Origin: an uncultured Planctomycetota bacterium
GTDB lineage: Bacteria > Planctomycetota > Planctomycetia > Isosphaerales > Isosphaeraceae
Length of the DNA: 64,000 bases
Reading direction: 5' to 3'
Assembly: GCA_963823665.1 (NCBI GenBank)
Contig: CAWGMQ010000004.1
Location: forward strand, 2,880,001 to 2,944,000
Part shown: piece after piece, positions 23,685-33,357 of the stretch
Layout: the number at the start of each line of letters is the position of its first letter
Position numbering within the stretch: position 1 is the first letter of the stretch
Translations under genes and position numbers: made by a program
The notes under the pieces: generated by a model
The model's database searches: none
What the model saw: only the letters and a program-made list of their open reading frames with translations
Told to the model about the DNA's origin: nothing

Positions 23685-24551
23685 TCACAAGCGATTCTGG
23701 GCCGCTGATCCGGCGCTCTCGGCGATCAGGGCCTTGACGTCCAGAACGGTCAGATCCGGATAGGCCTGGTAGAAGCCGATGGGTGCGCGGTTGGCGACTG
23801 CCGCAAAATCGATGAACTCCTGGACGTATTTTCTGCACGGCGAGGGGGGCGGGTTCTTGACGAACTTGAACAAGACATCAAAGAGTTCCCCTATGTTGCG
23901 AGTGAAGTCATCGATGTACTTCTCGAACGAGCCGTCGTAAACGGTGAAGAAGCCCATCTGCCGGTCCCCAAGCGGGATGAATTGAGCGAAGTGGGGAGTG
24001 CCGACCTTGTCCAGGTCTACGGGGATGCTGTGACTCTTCACCCTCAGGAGGAGCTGGAGCTCGACATAAGCAAGAGGCGATTTGGTAGGCAGGATCACCA
24101 GGAATACGTTCGGCCGGCTGGCGCCCTTGACGCCAGCGGCGGCGGCCAGGGCCCTGATCTCCTTGGCGGTCGCTCCGGGGTAGGCGGTGTAGGTGAAGGC
24201 CGAATGAAGAAGATGATCCGCGGTCCACTCGACGAACGCTTCCGCGTTACTGCCGACCGGGGTTTGGGGCGGGTTGTCGACGTGCGCGAGGATGGTGTCG
24301 AACACCGGTGCGGCGTGACTGGCCAGTTCAAGCATGAGCTGCCCGAACTCGCCGTCAAAGTCGCCGAGGAAGAGCATGGTCTTCTCGCTCAGCTCCGTGA
24401 ACCGCGAATAATGCACCGTGCCGATTGAGTCGAGCGCCTGGAACATGTCCGGCATGAGCGCCGGCAGTTTCTGCGCAGCCGCTCTGGCGTCTGCTGGTGA
24501 CTTCATGGGAAAGGCCAGTGTGAAATGGCTCTGACGCAGAGGACGACTCAT
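23685..24551 (-). CDS. DyP-associated hypothetical protein made of two homologous domains
   Basis: GTVHYSRF..DFDG..FD..NPP..YTAYPGAT repeated as GTPHFAQF..VYDG..FD..NPP..YQAYPDLT. Confidence 0.8.
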   Translation of the reverse strand: MSRPLRQSHFTLAFPMKSPADARAAAQKLPALMPDMFQALDSIGTVHYSRFTELSEKTMLFLGDFDGEFGQLMLELASHAAPVFDTILAHVDNPPQTPVGSNAEAFVEWTADHLLHSAFTYTAYPGATAKEIRALAAAAGVKGASRPNVFLVILPTKSPLAYVELQLLLRVKSHSIPVDLDKVGTPHFAQFIPLGDRQMGFFTVYDGSFEKYIDDFTRNIGELFDVLFKFVKNPPPSPCRKYVQEFIDFAAVANRAPIGFYQAYPDLTVLDVKALIAESAGSAAQNRL

Positions 24552-24746
24552 CGGGAGATCTCCGGCGGTGTGCAGACACCGGGCTCAGTTAAGAGGAGTT
24601 CGCCATCGAATCGATTGTATGTCACGACCGCCCATCCCGAGATCGAATCATCGCCGGTAGGACCGCCTCGATCCGAGGCCCGAACTCAGGTATCTTGGTG
24701 CGGAGCTGGTCGTTCCAACGTGTGACTTTATCTGCGGCCGGGACTC

Positions 24747-25748
24747 ATGACTATCCGAAATGTGCAAGCGGATCCGCCGACGGCTGAGTCGTCGGCGACG
24801 GCCGGACCGTTCCGTCCCGGTCTTCAGGTCGTCTTCTCATGCCACGACCCGGACGTGATGAGCGCACGGATCAATTACTGGGGGCTCGAGCAGTCGCAGC
24901 TCGGTCAGGGGAGGTTTGAGGGAGCCATTCGTGGCACTCACTCGGGGCGGATCCAGTTGGGTTGCTCGTTTCGAAGTCCGGGTCTGCTCATCCAGGGCGT
25001 GATTCCGAAGGAAACAGTCGTACTTTCGAGTATCGTGCGGCAAACATCGCCGATCATGATTAATGGCTACAAGGTCGCCGCGGATCAGATGATGTGGGCC
25101 AAGGCTGGGCATGAGCTTGACTTCCGCACGCTCGGGGAGAACGAGCTGGTCACCGCCGCTGTGCACGCTCCGTTGTTTCACAGGATGGCGCAAGCGGTGC
25201 TGGGACCTGCTTTCTTCGACCGCAATATGTCGGATCGTCTCGCCCTGCGAGGGCCACAATCGAGACACGACGTCGCTCTCCGCCTGCGCAGTCTGATCGA
25301 ACAAGATCTTGCCGGGCCAGGACGATTGAACGACCCCGAATATGCGAGCGCGTGGGAGCATCAAGTCCTTGACACATGGCTTTCTGAGGTGATCGCACCT
25401 GATTCGGGAGCATCGCTGCCGTTGCGTTGCCGAGCCGCACGCCAGGCCGAGTCGTTCTTGCGGGAGCATCGCGACCGGCCGGTGTCGGTGTGCGAGCTGT
25501 GTCTGGTCACCGGGGTGCCCAAGCGTACGCTGATGCTGGGGTTCCGTGATTTATTTGGCCTATCGCCGGCGGCTTATCATCGACGAATGCGGCTCAACGC
25601 GGCGCGGCGCGATCTCGTCGATGCCCGGGCCGGCGAGACGACGGTGACGACGACCGCACTCCGGTGGGGCTTCGGGCACTTCGGGCGGTTCTCGGTGGAC
25701 TACCGTCGCATGTTCGGCGAGTCGCCAGTTGTGACGTTGCGGGGATGA
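24747..25748 (+). CDS. AraC-family transcriptional regulator (EutR-like)
   Basis: QLGQGRFEG N-terminal motif; C-terminal ELCLVTGVPKRTLMLGFR..RLNAARR..WGFGHFGRFSVDYRRMFGESP. Confidence 0.9.
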   Translation: MTIRNVQADPPTAESSATAGPFRPGLQVVFSCHDPDVMSARINYWGLEQSQLGQGRFEGAIRGTHSGRIQLGCSFRSPGLLIQGVIPKETVVLSSIVRQTSPIMINGYKVAADQMMWAKAGHELDFRTLGENELVTAAVHAPLFHRMAQAVLGPAFFDRNMSDRLALRGPQSRHDVALRLRSLIEQDLAGPGRLNDPEYASAWEHQVLDTWLSEVIAPDSGASLPLRCRAARQAESFLREHRDRPVSVCELCLVTGVPKRTLMLGFRDLFGLSPAAYHRRMRLNAARRDLVDARAGETTVTTTALRWGFGHFGRFSVDYRRMFGESPVVTLRG

Positions 25749-25805
25749 AGAACCGCGAGAGAATCATTCGTCGCCCCGGCAATTCGATCAAGACGCCGCG
25801 TTCGA

Positions 25806-26924
25806 TCACTTCGTGGTTGGTCGCGCTCGCTTTTCGCTTGGCGGGGGCAAGTAGGGCGGCAGGGTGCCTTCGAGTGCCTGCTTGACCCACTTGCCGAAGC
25901 CGGGAGTGGGGGTGCATCGGAAGTCGGAGATCAGCCGAGGGCCGGCGGCGGGGTGCATGTCCCAGGCCGTCCAGCTCCATTTGTGGTCTTCCAGAGCCTG
26001 GAGCACCTGGCGGACCCATTTTTCGTCCTTTTCCAAGGGCGCGCCGCGTTGCGTCTCGGCTCCAAACTCGCCGACGATCACCGGCAGTTTCTTGGTCGCG
26101 GTCTCCATCTTGGCGATCCAGCGCTCGACCGAGTCGCCCTTGAACGGATAGGCGTGATTGTCGTAGAGCACGCCGTTGCCATCCGGGTCGGAAAGCTGCC
26201 GGCCTTGGAGGATTCCCGTGAAGTCGTACGACCAATCGAGCCCGCCGACGATCACCACGTTTTTTGCTCCCGTGCTCCGCACAGTGTCGAGAAGGGTCTG
26301 CATGCCGACGGCGTTGTACGACTGGATGGGCGTCTTGCGCGTGGCTTTCTCGGTGACGAAGCCCCCCTTCAGCCAGATGTCCCAGCCGACATTGTGCGGC
26401 TCGTTGTAAAGGTTGAACAACACGGCTGGATGGTTCTGATATGCGGCGGCCACGTCTTTCCAGAAACTCAGACTGTTCTCATCGGGCATCAAATGCTGCC
26501 CGATGTTCTTGCCCCATTCGCCGGCATCCGACCAGTGCAAATCCAGGATGATGTAGCACCCGGACGAAGCCACCTTGTCGACGATCTGTCGCACGAGAAT
26601 TCGATAGTATTTGCCCTGATCATCCTGCTGCGGCGCCTTTCCGAACCAGCGGTCCTGGGAAAGCGGCAGCCGGATGACATTCACATGCCAGTCGCGGATC
26701 GCAGTCTGCACCGTTTCGAGAATGTGGCCCTCGCCGTCGTTGGTCCATTCCATGCAGGCGGTGTTTACACCCCGCAGGCGCACCGGGTCACCGGCGCTAT
26801 TGAGCAATCTGGTTCCTGACACCTTCAAGGGGAGGGGCTCGTTAGGGCGGGGGGTTCGCTCCTGGGCGGCGGCTCCGATCAGAGCGAATATCGAGCTCCC
26901 AACCGCGATGACCAGGCGTTTCAT
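25806..26924 (-). CDS. Secreted glycoside hydrolase family 5 (cellulase-like)
   Basis: Signal peptide; LRGVN, IRLP, ILDLH, YNEPH (acid/base Glu), HAY, VGEFG (nucleophile Glu). Confidence 0.9.
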   Translation of the reverse strand: MKRLVIAVGSSIFALIGAAAQERTPRPNEPLPLKVSGTRLLNSAGDPVRLRGVNTACMEWTNDGEGHILETVQTAIRDWHVNVIRLPLSQDRWFGKAPQQDDQGKYYRILVRQIVDKVASSGCYIILDLHWSDAGEWGKNIGQHLMPDENSLSFWKDVAAAYQNHPAVLFNLYNEPHNVGWDIWLKGGFVTEKATRKTPIQSYNAVGMQTLLDTVRSTGAKNVVIVGGLDWSYDFTGILQGRQLSDPDGNGVLYDNHAYPFKGDSVERWIAKMETATKKLPVIVGEFGAETQRGAPLEKDEKWVRQVLQALEDHKWSWTAWDMHPAAGPRLISDFRCTPTPGFGKWVKQALEGTLPPYLPPPSEKRARPTTK

Positions 26925-27003
26925 ACTGCGCTCCGATCTATCGGATTCGTCCTGCGCGTGTGGATTCAAGTCCAACGGTGTGCGCTCGAGCGCGATACGA
27001 GCG

Positions 27004-27492
27004 TCAGCTTATCACGATGAGGATGGCTTGCCCATCACGGCTTGCCTCGGCGATCAGAGCTTTGGCGAAACCCAGGTAACCACGGTATTCTTCGAGCAGA
27101 TCCTCTAGTGGCTCGTCCCAGATCTGGGGATAAATCGCCTCCTTTGTTAACGCCCCAAGATCGAAGCGGCGTGCGAACTCGTCGTCTGTTATTCTTTCGA
27201 GGGCGGCGCTCAGCGAGGCGACTTGATCAGGCATGAGCAGCCGGGCCGGACCATATCCTACATCGACGTCGCCCACGGGCTCGCCGCCCGTAGCGAGAAA
27301 GTTGAGCGGTGGCTCTCCGTCCCATGCGCTCCCGGTGAGAGCGAAATGGAGACCGTGCCAGCTCTTCTCGAGTGAAACCGCGGCCCCAGTCTGATCGAGC
27401 GAGCTGATGAGCTCGCGAATGCGAGAAGGGTCGGTAATCACTTCGCGAGCCGACCGATCAGGCAGCGCGTAAAGCTGGCAGATCATGCTCAT
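27004..27492 (-). CDS. YfbM-family (DUF1877) protein
   Basis: MSM start, LEKSWHGLHFALTG, GYGPAR, IYPQIW. Confidence 0.85.
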   Translation of the reverse strand: MSMICQLYALPDRSAREVITDPSRIRELISSLDQTGAAVSLEKSWHGLHFALTGSAWDGEPPLNFLATGGEPVGDVDVGYGPARLLMPDQVASLSAALERITDDEFARRFDLGALTKEAIYPQIWDEPLEDLLEEYRGYLGFAKALIAEASRDGQAILIVIS

Positions 27493-27561
27493 GGTAGGGG
27501 GTCCTGATGCCAACGCGCGGGTCGTGAGTGCACGCTGCCCGCCGGATCGAGATTGTGCGAC

Positions 27562-28773
27562 TCAAACCGCCCGCAAGACCAGGCTGGTGTTGCTTCCGCC
27601 GAAGCCGAACGAGTTGGAGACAGCCACGCGCACATCATGCGGTCTGGCCTCGTTGGCGACCAAGCACAGGTCGACGTCGGGATCATCGAGATTAATCGTA
27701 GGAGGAATGGCGTGGTGCCGTAAAGCCGTCAAGCAGGCGAGCGCCTCGAATGCGCCGGCAGCGGTGAGCAAGTGACCCGTGAGGCTCTTGGTTGACGACA
27801 CGGGGATCCGATCGGCATTTGCGCCCAGCACGAGGCGGAGGACGGCGGCCTCGGCGGCGTCTCCGACCGGCGTGCTCGTCGCGTGCGCGTTGACGTGGTC
27901 GACCTGGTCACAATTCACTCGCGCGTCGGAGAGGGCGCTGCGCATGGCGGCGGCGGCCGGCGCCGGGTTGGGGCTGGGAATGACGTGGTGGTGGGCGTCG
28001 CTGCTAGAGCCGCAGCCGGCAACCTCGGCGTAGGCGTAGGCTCTTCGTCGGCGGGCGTCGGTGGAACGTTCCATCACGAAAACGACGCCTCCTTCGCCCA
28101 GAACGAAGCCGTCGCGGTCACGGTCGAACGGCCGTGACGCGGCAGATGGATCGGAGTTGCGGCGTGAGAGCGCGCGCAGGTTGCCGAAGGTGGCGAGGCC
28201 GATCGGTGAGACGGCCAGGTCGCACGCGCCGGCGACACAGTAGTCGACCAGGCCCAGCCGCAGCCACTGGCGGCCGATCTCGATGGCGTGGTTGCCGCTG
28301 GCGCAGGCGGCGGAGAGGGCAAGAGCCGGTCCGCTCAGGTCGAGCCCGCTGCGCACTCGTTCGACGGTCGATTCGCAATCCTGGCGGGGGTCATAGAGCC
28401 GCGAGCCGCCCGCGAAGTGATCGACTTCCCACAGCAGCATCCACTCAGCGCCCAAGCCGAGCACCAGCCCGACGCGAGACTCGAGGTGTGGGCCCCACAA
28501 ACCGGTGTCGCGCAGCGCCTTTTCGACGCACCAGTGGGCGAGCTGTTCCAGCCGGGGCCGGGCCGAGAAGGCTGCCGCATCGCAGCCGGGCGGCGTGCCG
28601 ATCTCTCCGAGCTGAGCCGCGATGCGGCTGGGATAATCGTCGGTCGGGAACCGCGTCACGAGCGAGACGCCCGAGCGCCCGGCGAGCAAGCTCGATTCGA
28701 TCTGGTCGAGCTCGGAGCCGAGCGGGGTTGCGGCCCCGACTCCCGTGATCCAGACGGATTCATCGCTATTCAT
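27562..28773 (-). CDS. Beta-ketoacyl-ACP synthase II (FabF-like ketosynthase)
   Basis: Catalytic Cys in AACASG, His in HATST and GHLL, plus RPFD..RDGFVLGEG and SNSFGFGG. Confidence 0.92.
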   Translation of the reverse strand: MNSDESVWITGVGAATPLGSELDQIESSLLAGRSGVSLVTRFPTDDYPSRIAAQLGEIGTPPGCDAAAFSARPRLEQLAHWCVEKALRDTGLWGPHLESRVGLVLGLGAEWMLLWEVDHFAGGSRLYDPRQDCESTVERVRSGLDLSGPALALSAACASGNHAIEIGRQWLRLGLVDYCVAGACDLAVSPIGLATFGNLRALSRRNSDPSAASRPFDRDRDGFVLGEGGVVFVMERSTDARRRRAYAYAEVAGCGSSSDAHHHVIPSPNPAPAAAAMRSALSDARVNCDQVDHVNAHATSTPVGDAAEAAVLRLVLGANADRIPVSSTKSLTGHLLTAAGAFEALACLTALRHHAIPPTINLDDPDVDLCLVANEARPHDVRVAVSNSFGFGGSNTSLVLRAV

Positions 28774-28779
28774 TCAGGC

Positions 28780-29607
28780 TCATCCCTGGCCAATCGGCCC
28801 TTCGATCAAATCGATGCGCAAGCGTCCGAGTGGATCTGTCGCCACCGCATTCGGCTCCGGCCCAGCTCGAGCCGCCAGGATCTCCTCGAGTGCGACCAGG
28901 TCAACAGGTGCGGCGGCATGGTGAGAATCGCGGCCGACGCTCGCCCGAAACGCCAATCGGCCGCCTCGACCGTCCAGCAGGGCCAGCCCGATCGCCAGAG
29001 CCTGGCATTCCCTGCGAGCAGTGAGTTCTGCACCGCGCGACGGCACCAGCTCCGGCGACCAGCCGCTCAGCACGAGCCAAACGCCCGGCACACTGCCGAT
29101 CGACAACCAGGTCAGAGCCGCCAGAAAGCCCTCGGCAGCAGCGTGAAGCCCGCCGCCGACCCCAAGATTCGGACCATGCAGCCCCAGACCCAGGCTGATG
29201 GTTCCAGACGCCGAATGGAGGGCAAAGTGAGGAATCAGGTGCGGTGAGGTTCCCCAGACTCCCTCGGCGAGGAAGCTCTCCAGCGCCTGCGCCAGGTTGG
29301 CACGGCCGAGAAAGCGCGACGCGGCGACCACGCCCCAACCTTCATAGCGATCGCGCGGCAGACCTATGCCGTCGATCGCTGTGAAGACCGCGCAGAGGCC
29401 GGCGATCGTCTGCTCGTCCGAGTTGCGCAACAACGACGACGATGGCGGCGCCCAGCCCTCGGGGATCGGCCCCGGCTTGCGGCGCAGCGCCGCTACGTCA
29501 CCGGACGGCATCCGGAACATCCCGTGCCCCATAACCGTCCCGGAGAGCGCCGGCCGGCAATCTAGGCCGTTGCCGGAGAACGCCCGTTCCCTCGTATGAC
29601 TCACCAC
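28780..29607 (-). CDS. Cys-less ketosynthase-fold protein (chain-length-factor-like)
   Basis: SPHLIPHFALHSASGTISLGLGLHGPN matches the KS N-terminal domain, but the catalytic TAC position reads GVGGGLH; 6 bp upstream of the KS. Confidence 0.7.
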   Translation of the reverse strand: MVSHTRERAFSGNGLDCRPALSGTVMGHGMFRMPSGDVAALRRKPGPIPEGWAPPSSSLLRNSDEQTIAGLCAVFTAIDGIGLPRDRYEGWGVVAASRFLGRANLAQALESFLAEGVWGTSPHLIPHFALHSASGTISLGLGLHGPNLGVGGGLHAAAEGFLAALTWLSIGSVPGVWLVLSGWSPELVPSRGAELTARRECQALAIGLALLDGRGGRLAFRASVGRDSHHAAAPVDLVALEEILAARAGPEPNAVATDPLGRLRIDLIEGPIGQG

Positions 29608-29894
29608 GTTCGAGAGTCTTCCTTAACCTGACCGCAGATCCCTCGAATTGAATTGAGCTAGTTGGCGCCAGAGTGTAGCTATAGAATTGCCTTCTTTACA
29701 ATCGCACTCTCCACGAGGAGTGCCAGGCCGCGTCTCGCAATCCCGCGCGGATCTCCGGAATTTGGAAGTCTGGGCAATTTGTCAAGGATTTGAGGAGCAA
29801 TATTCGGACTGAGGAGGATCAGAGCACTTGGGGTTTGGCGGGAGATCTGGTTGCCTTTTTGTTTGCCGCGCCAGTCGAGGGAGACGACAACGCC

Positions 29895-31208
29895 GTGCAG
29901 TGCCCGATGGAAAGACTGGGTGTCGCGCTGCGGCAGAACACACTCGTGCGAATTATCGAGCGGTTCGGCGAGGAGCACGCGGATGTGCACCTCAAAGACC
30001 TGGTGATCGACGAGATGGGTCCGGGCCGAGAGATCGTGGTTCTGGGCCGCCGGGTGATCAACTTCGGCTCGGACAGCTTCCTGGGCCTGGACCAGGACCC
30101 CCGAGTTCAACACGCGATCCGGCATGGATTGCGTAAATGGGGAACGCATAACGGCTCCTCGCGCGCGTTTGCCAGTGTGCGCGCCAATATCGTCGCGGAG
30201 CAGAGGCTTGCGGACTGGCTTGGCGTCGAATCGACGCTCATCTACCCATCGGTGATGCTGGCGAACCTGGGGGCGATTCCTGGGCTCACCGGCCGGCAGG
30301 ACGCCATCGCCATGGATGAGATGGCGCACAGCTCGATGCAGGAAGCTGCCAAGATCGCGCGTGCCGGCGGGACGAAGGTCGCGACATTTGCACACAACGA
30401 CCCTGGCGCACTCGAGCAAACGCTGGCAGGTCTCCAACCCTACCGGTGCGCCCTGGTCTGCATCGACGGCGTGTACAGCATGAGCGGCAAGATCCCGCCG
30501 ATGCGGGAGCTCGATGCCGTGGCCCGCGCGGCCAAGGCCGTGCTCTACATCGACGATGCGCACGGCACCGGGGTGCTGGGCCAGCACGGGCGGGGGACGG
30601 TGCTCGAAGCTCTGGGGAGTTACGAAAACGCGTTTGTTGTCGGCTCGCTCTCGAAGGCGTTTTCGTGCGCAGGGGGGTTCATCGGCTGCCCGGCCGCGTT
30701 TCAGCGCCTGCTCAAGATTCGTTCCAGCTCGTATGTTTTCGGCGGGCCGGTCGTGCCGTGTTATCTGGAGGCCATCGGCACAGTCATCGACATTCTCTGT
30801 TCGAGCGAGTACGCGGCCCTGCGCGGGCGGCTGGATCGTTCGATCGCGCGGCTGACGCGGGGACTGACCGCGCTGGGACTGGAAGTGATGGGGGGAGCGA
30901 CGCCGATCATCTCCGTCAAGATCGGCGACGAGGCGGATACCCTGAGAGCCGGCAAGCACCTGTTCGATCAGGGATACTACGTTCAGTCGGTGCTCTTCCC
31001 GGCAGTGCCCTATCACGCCGGGGTGCTGCGAGTGCAATGCAACGCCAATCACGAGGATCGCGCGATCGACGGTCTGATTGATGCGTTTGAGAGCCTCACC
31101 GAGGCGATGGGTTTGCCGGTGCCGGCTGAGAAATCGACGAGCGGCCGGGGCACAAACTGGAACGGACAAACGGAACACGAGGGTCGAAACAAGGACAGCT
31201 CGGGATGA
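29895..31208 (+). CDS. PLP-dependent alpha-oxoamine synthase (BioF/serine palmitoyltransferase family)
   Basis: NFGSDSFLGL, DEMAHSSM, DGVYSM, DDAHG, GSLSK (PLP Lys), FPAVP...LR; start GTG 29895 or ATG 29907. Confidence 0.88.
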   Translation: MQCPMERLGVALRQNTLVRIIERFGEEHADVHLKDLVIDEMGPGREIVVLGRRVINFGSDSFLGLDQDPRVQHAIRHGLRKWGTHNGSSRAFASVRANIVAEQRLADWLGVESTLIYPSVMLANLGAIPGLTGRQDAIAMDEMAHSSMQEAAKIARAGGTKVATFAHNDPGALEQTLAGLQPYRCALVCIDGVYSMSGKIPPMRELDAVARAAKAVLYIDDAHGTGVLGQHGRGTVLEALGSYENAFVVGSLSKAFSCAGGFIGCPAAFQRLLKIRSSSYVFGGPVVPCYLEAIGTVIDILCSSEYAALRGRLDRSIARLTRGLTALGLEVMGGATPIISVKIGDEADTLRAGKHLFDQGYYVQSVLFPAVPYHAGVLRVQCNANHEDRAIDGLIDAFESLTEAMGLPVPAEKSTSGRGTNWNGQTEHEGRNKDSSG

Positions 31209-31753
31209 CAGGCGGGCGCGGGAGGGTCCTGCTCATCATGCTGGTGGCGGTTGTGGCGCTCGCCGTCGGAGAGACGGCGCTTTCCAAGGGAATGAAGCAG
31301 ATCGATCGTCTGGAAGGCGGCTGGATCGCTCAGGCTGCCGGGCTTCTGCGCAACGGCTGGGTCGCGGCCGGTCTGGTTCTGTTGGTCGCGCACCTCGGGC
31401 TTTACATGCTGGCCCTCAAGAACGCCGACCTGAGCTTTGCACTCCCACTGACCGCGGCATCGTATCCGCTGGCCGCGCTCCTGGCGCGATTCTATCTGCA
31501 CGAAGACATCGGCCTGTCGCGAGTGATCGGGACGCTGCTAATCACGGTCGGCGTGGCTGTCGTCGTACTGGGCGAGGACGGAGAGCGCAGGGCGGAAGGA
31601 ATGGCGCGCCGGGTGGAGCTTCGTCGGGGCCGCGACCAGGTCAGGCGAGTGCGTCGCCGGTTCCGCCAGCGGCGGGGCCGCTCGAGACGGGATGACCCTC
31701 GGTGGTGGAGAGCTTCGCTTCCATCAGGTCAAGCAGATCGCCGACCCGCTTGA
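31205..31753 (+). CDS. SMR/EamA-half membrane protein (ArnE/ArnF flippase-like)
   Basis: Four hydrophobic helices; ADLSFALPL..SY..LA.F.LHE...R.IG; 4-bp ATGA overlap with the upstream gene. The basic tail overlapping ACP may be an indel artefact. Confidence 0.75.
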   Translation: MTGGRGRVLLIMLVAVVALAVGETALSKGMKQIDRLEGGWIAQAAGLLRNGWVAAGLVLLVAHLGLYMLALKNADLSFALPLTAASYPLAALLARFYLHEDIGLSRVIGTLLITVGVAVVVLGEDGERRAEGMARRVELRRGRDQVRRVRRRFRQRRGRSRRDDPRWWRASLPSGQADRRPA

Positions 31754-31949
31754 CCTGGCCGAGCTCCTCGGGCGCGAGCCGGACGTGAAACTCGCGCTCA
31801 ATCCGCATGACCAGTCCGACCAGGTCGACCGAATCGAGCCCAAGTGTTTCTCGAAGGTCCTGATCGTCTTGAGGCAGCGCGTACGATTCACCCATCTCTT
31901 CTTCGAGCAGGGCCACGAGCTTGCCGCGAAGCGATTCCCTGTCTGGCAT
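31641..31949 (-). CDS. Acyl carrier protein
   Basis: Acidic ~100 aa; LGLDSVDLV (phosphopantetheine Ser), IEREF, VGDL. Confidence 0.88.
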   Translation of the reverse strand: MPDRESLRGKLVALLEEEMGESYALPQDDQDLRETLGLDSVDLVGLVMRIEREFHVRLAPEELGQVKRVGDLLDLMEAKLSTTEGHPVSSGPAAGGTGDALA

Positions 31950-32118
31950 CTGGCACGACCCTCGGAGACTGCGCTCAAGGAAGGCTTCCTTCCCCTGAAC
32001 ATCGCCAGAATACCAACGCGCGCCGCGTTTGAGCCAGGCGAAACGCCCGGGGTCGATCGGATCGATCGGGAACGGAAGACAGCCGGGGCGGCTGTCCTAC
32101 ATTGCCGCACGAAGGCAT

Positions 32119-33349
32119 TCAATCGTCGTCGGCGAATCGCACGGGCTTTCCAGGGCTCTGTTTCTCGATAAGCTTCAGATAATCTGCGAACGGAAACAGG
32201 CCGATTTCTTTGCGCAGCTCTTCCATGCGAGACCGATCCTCGAGGGGCATCATGACGAGGTTTCCTTTCTCGTCGGAGCCGAGCTGTGTGCCGTAGCGCT
32301 GCTTTTCACCGAGCGTGACCTTGAGCCGGTCAAACAGAAGCGCGTATGGCTGCGCATCGAGCCGTTTCGCCTTCACGTCGCTCTCGATTGCCGGCAAAGC
32401 GGCCAGCATGAGCGGGATGTTTCCGCTGTGCTGCAGCTAGCGGGGAAGCGGGCGGTTGGTTCCAAACCTTTGAGACCGGTCGAAGATGCCACCGAAAACG
32501 CAAAGACGTGACCGAACAATTCGGGGTGGCGCATGCCCATTTCCACCGCGAATCGGGCCCCGTTCGAAACGCCGTGGATCGCGCGCTCGTTTTGGTTGCG
32601 CGTGGCGCCTAGCTCCTTCTCGGCCCACGCCCGCACTTCATCGCAGAAGAACTTCTCGTGCTTGGCGAAACGCGCTGGGTCGATCTCGGGCAGGTATTCG
32701 CAGGCCCGCAGATCGCGCTTGATATCGTACGGCTGGGCTCGATCACCCTGGTAAGTGCCGGACAACACTCCAACGACCACAATCGGCCGCACCTTGCCGG
32801 CGAGGATGAGCGGCTCGAGGATCTCTGCGTTCGTCATCCCATCCGCGGCGTAGATGACAGGATACGATTTCGCCCGGTCATGACCGGGGGGCAGATAGAT
32901 CTTGATCTTTCGCTTTTCGCCAAGTGCCTTGCTCTCCAGCTCGAGCATCTTGTCGACGCCCTTGAGGTCTTTCGCCACCGCGGGCGCGGGGGCGCCTGGG
33001 GGCCGGTCCAGACCTCGAATCGGAGCGGGCGAGTGGGATTGAAGGGTGTCTCACCCTTCTTGCCGGCGAAGGAAGCATAGGAGAACATGCCGCTGGAGAG
33101 CTCCGGGCGCTCGATGCTCTCGGTCCAGACATCACTGCCTTCGACCCGGCGAAGCGATTTGAACTCGCCACTCATGACGAGCGTGACCTGTTCGGCTTCG
33201 CCGCGATAGAAGAACGTTGCCCGATTGCCATCGATCCAGACGGCCGTCTTCTCACGGTCGTGACGCTCAATCAGATCGCGAGCGGTCGGCTCTTGGCCGG
33301 AGAATGCCACAATCGCGATGAGCAGCGCGCGGAGCGCGAGCTGAGTCAT
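32119..33349 (-). pseudogene. Secreted Fes/IroE-like esterase joined to a DUF6624-like half domain; apparent internal deletion plus an indel
   Basis: Signal peptide, IYLPPG, YAADG, GVSNGA (GxSxG). The esterase stops before its acid/His residues and abuts LQHS..YALLFDR..QRYGTQ at ~32440. Confidence 0.55.
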
Positions 33350-33357
33350 GGGTCCGG

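Noticed and set aside
29895..31208. Assigning bioF
   Set aside because: No biotin genes in context, and the motifs do not separate BioF from Spt-like enzymes
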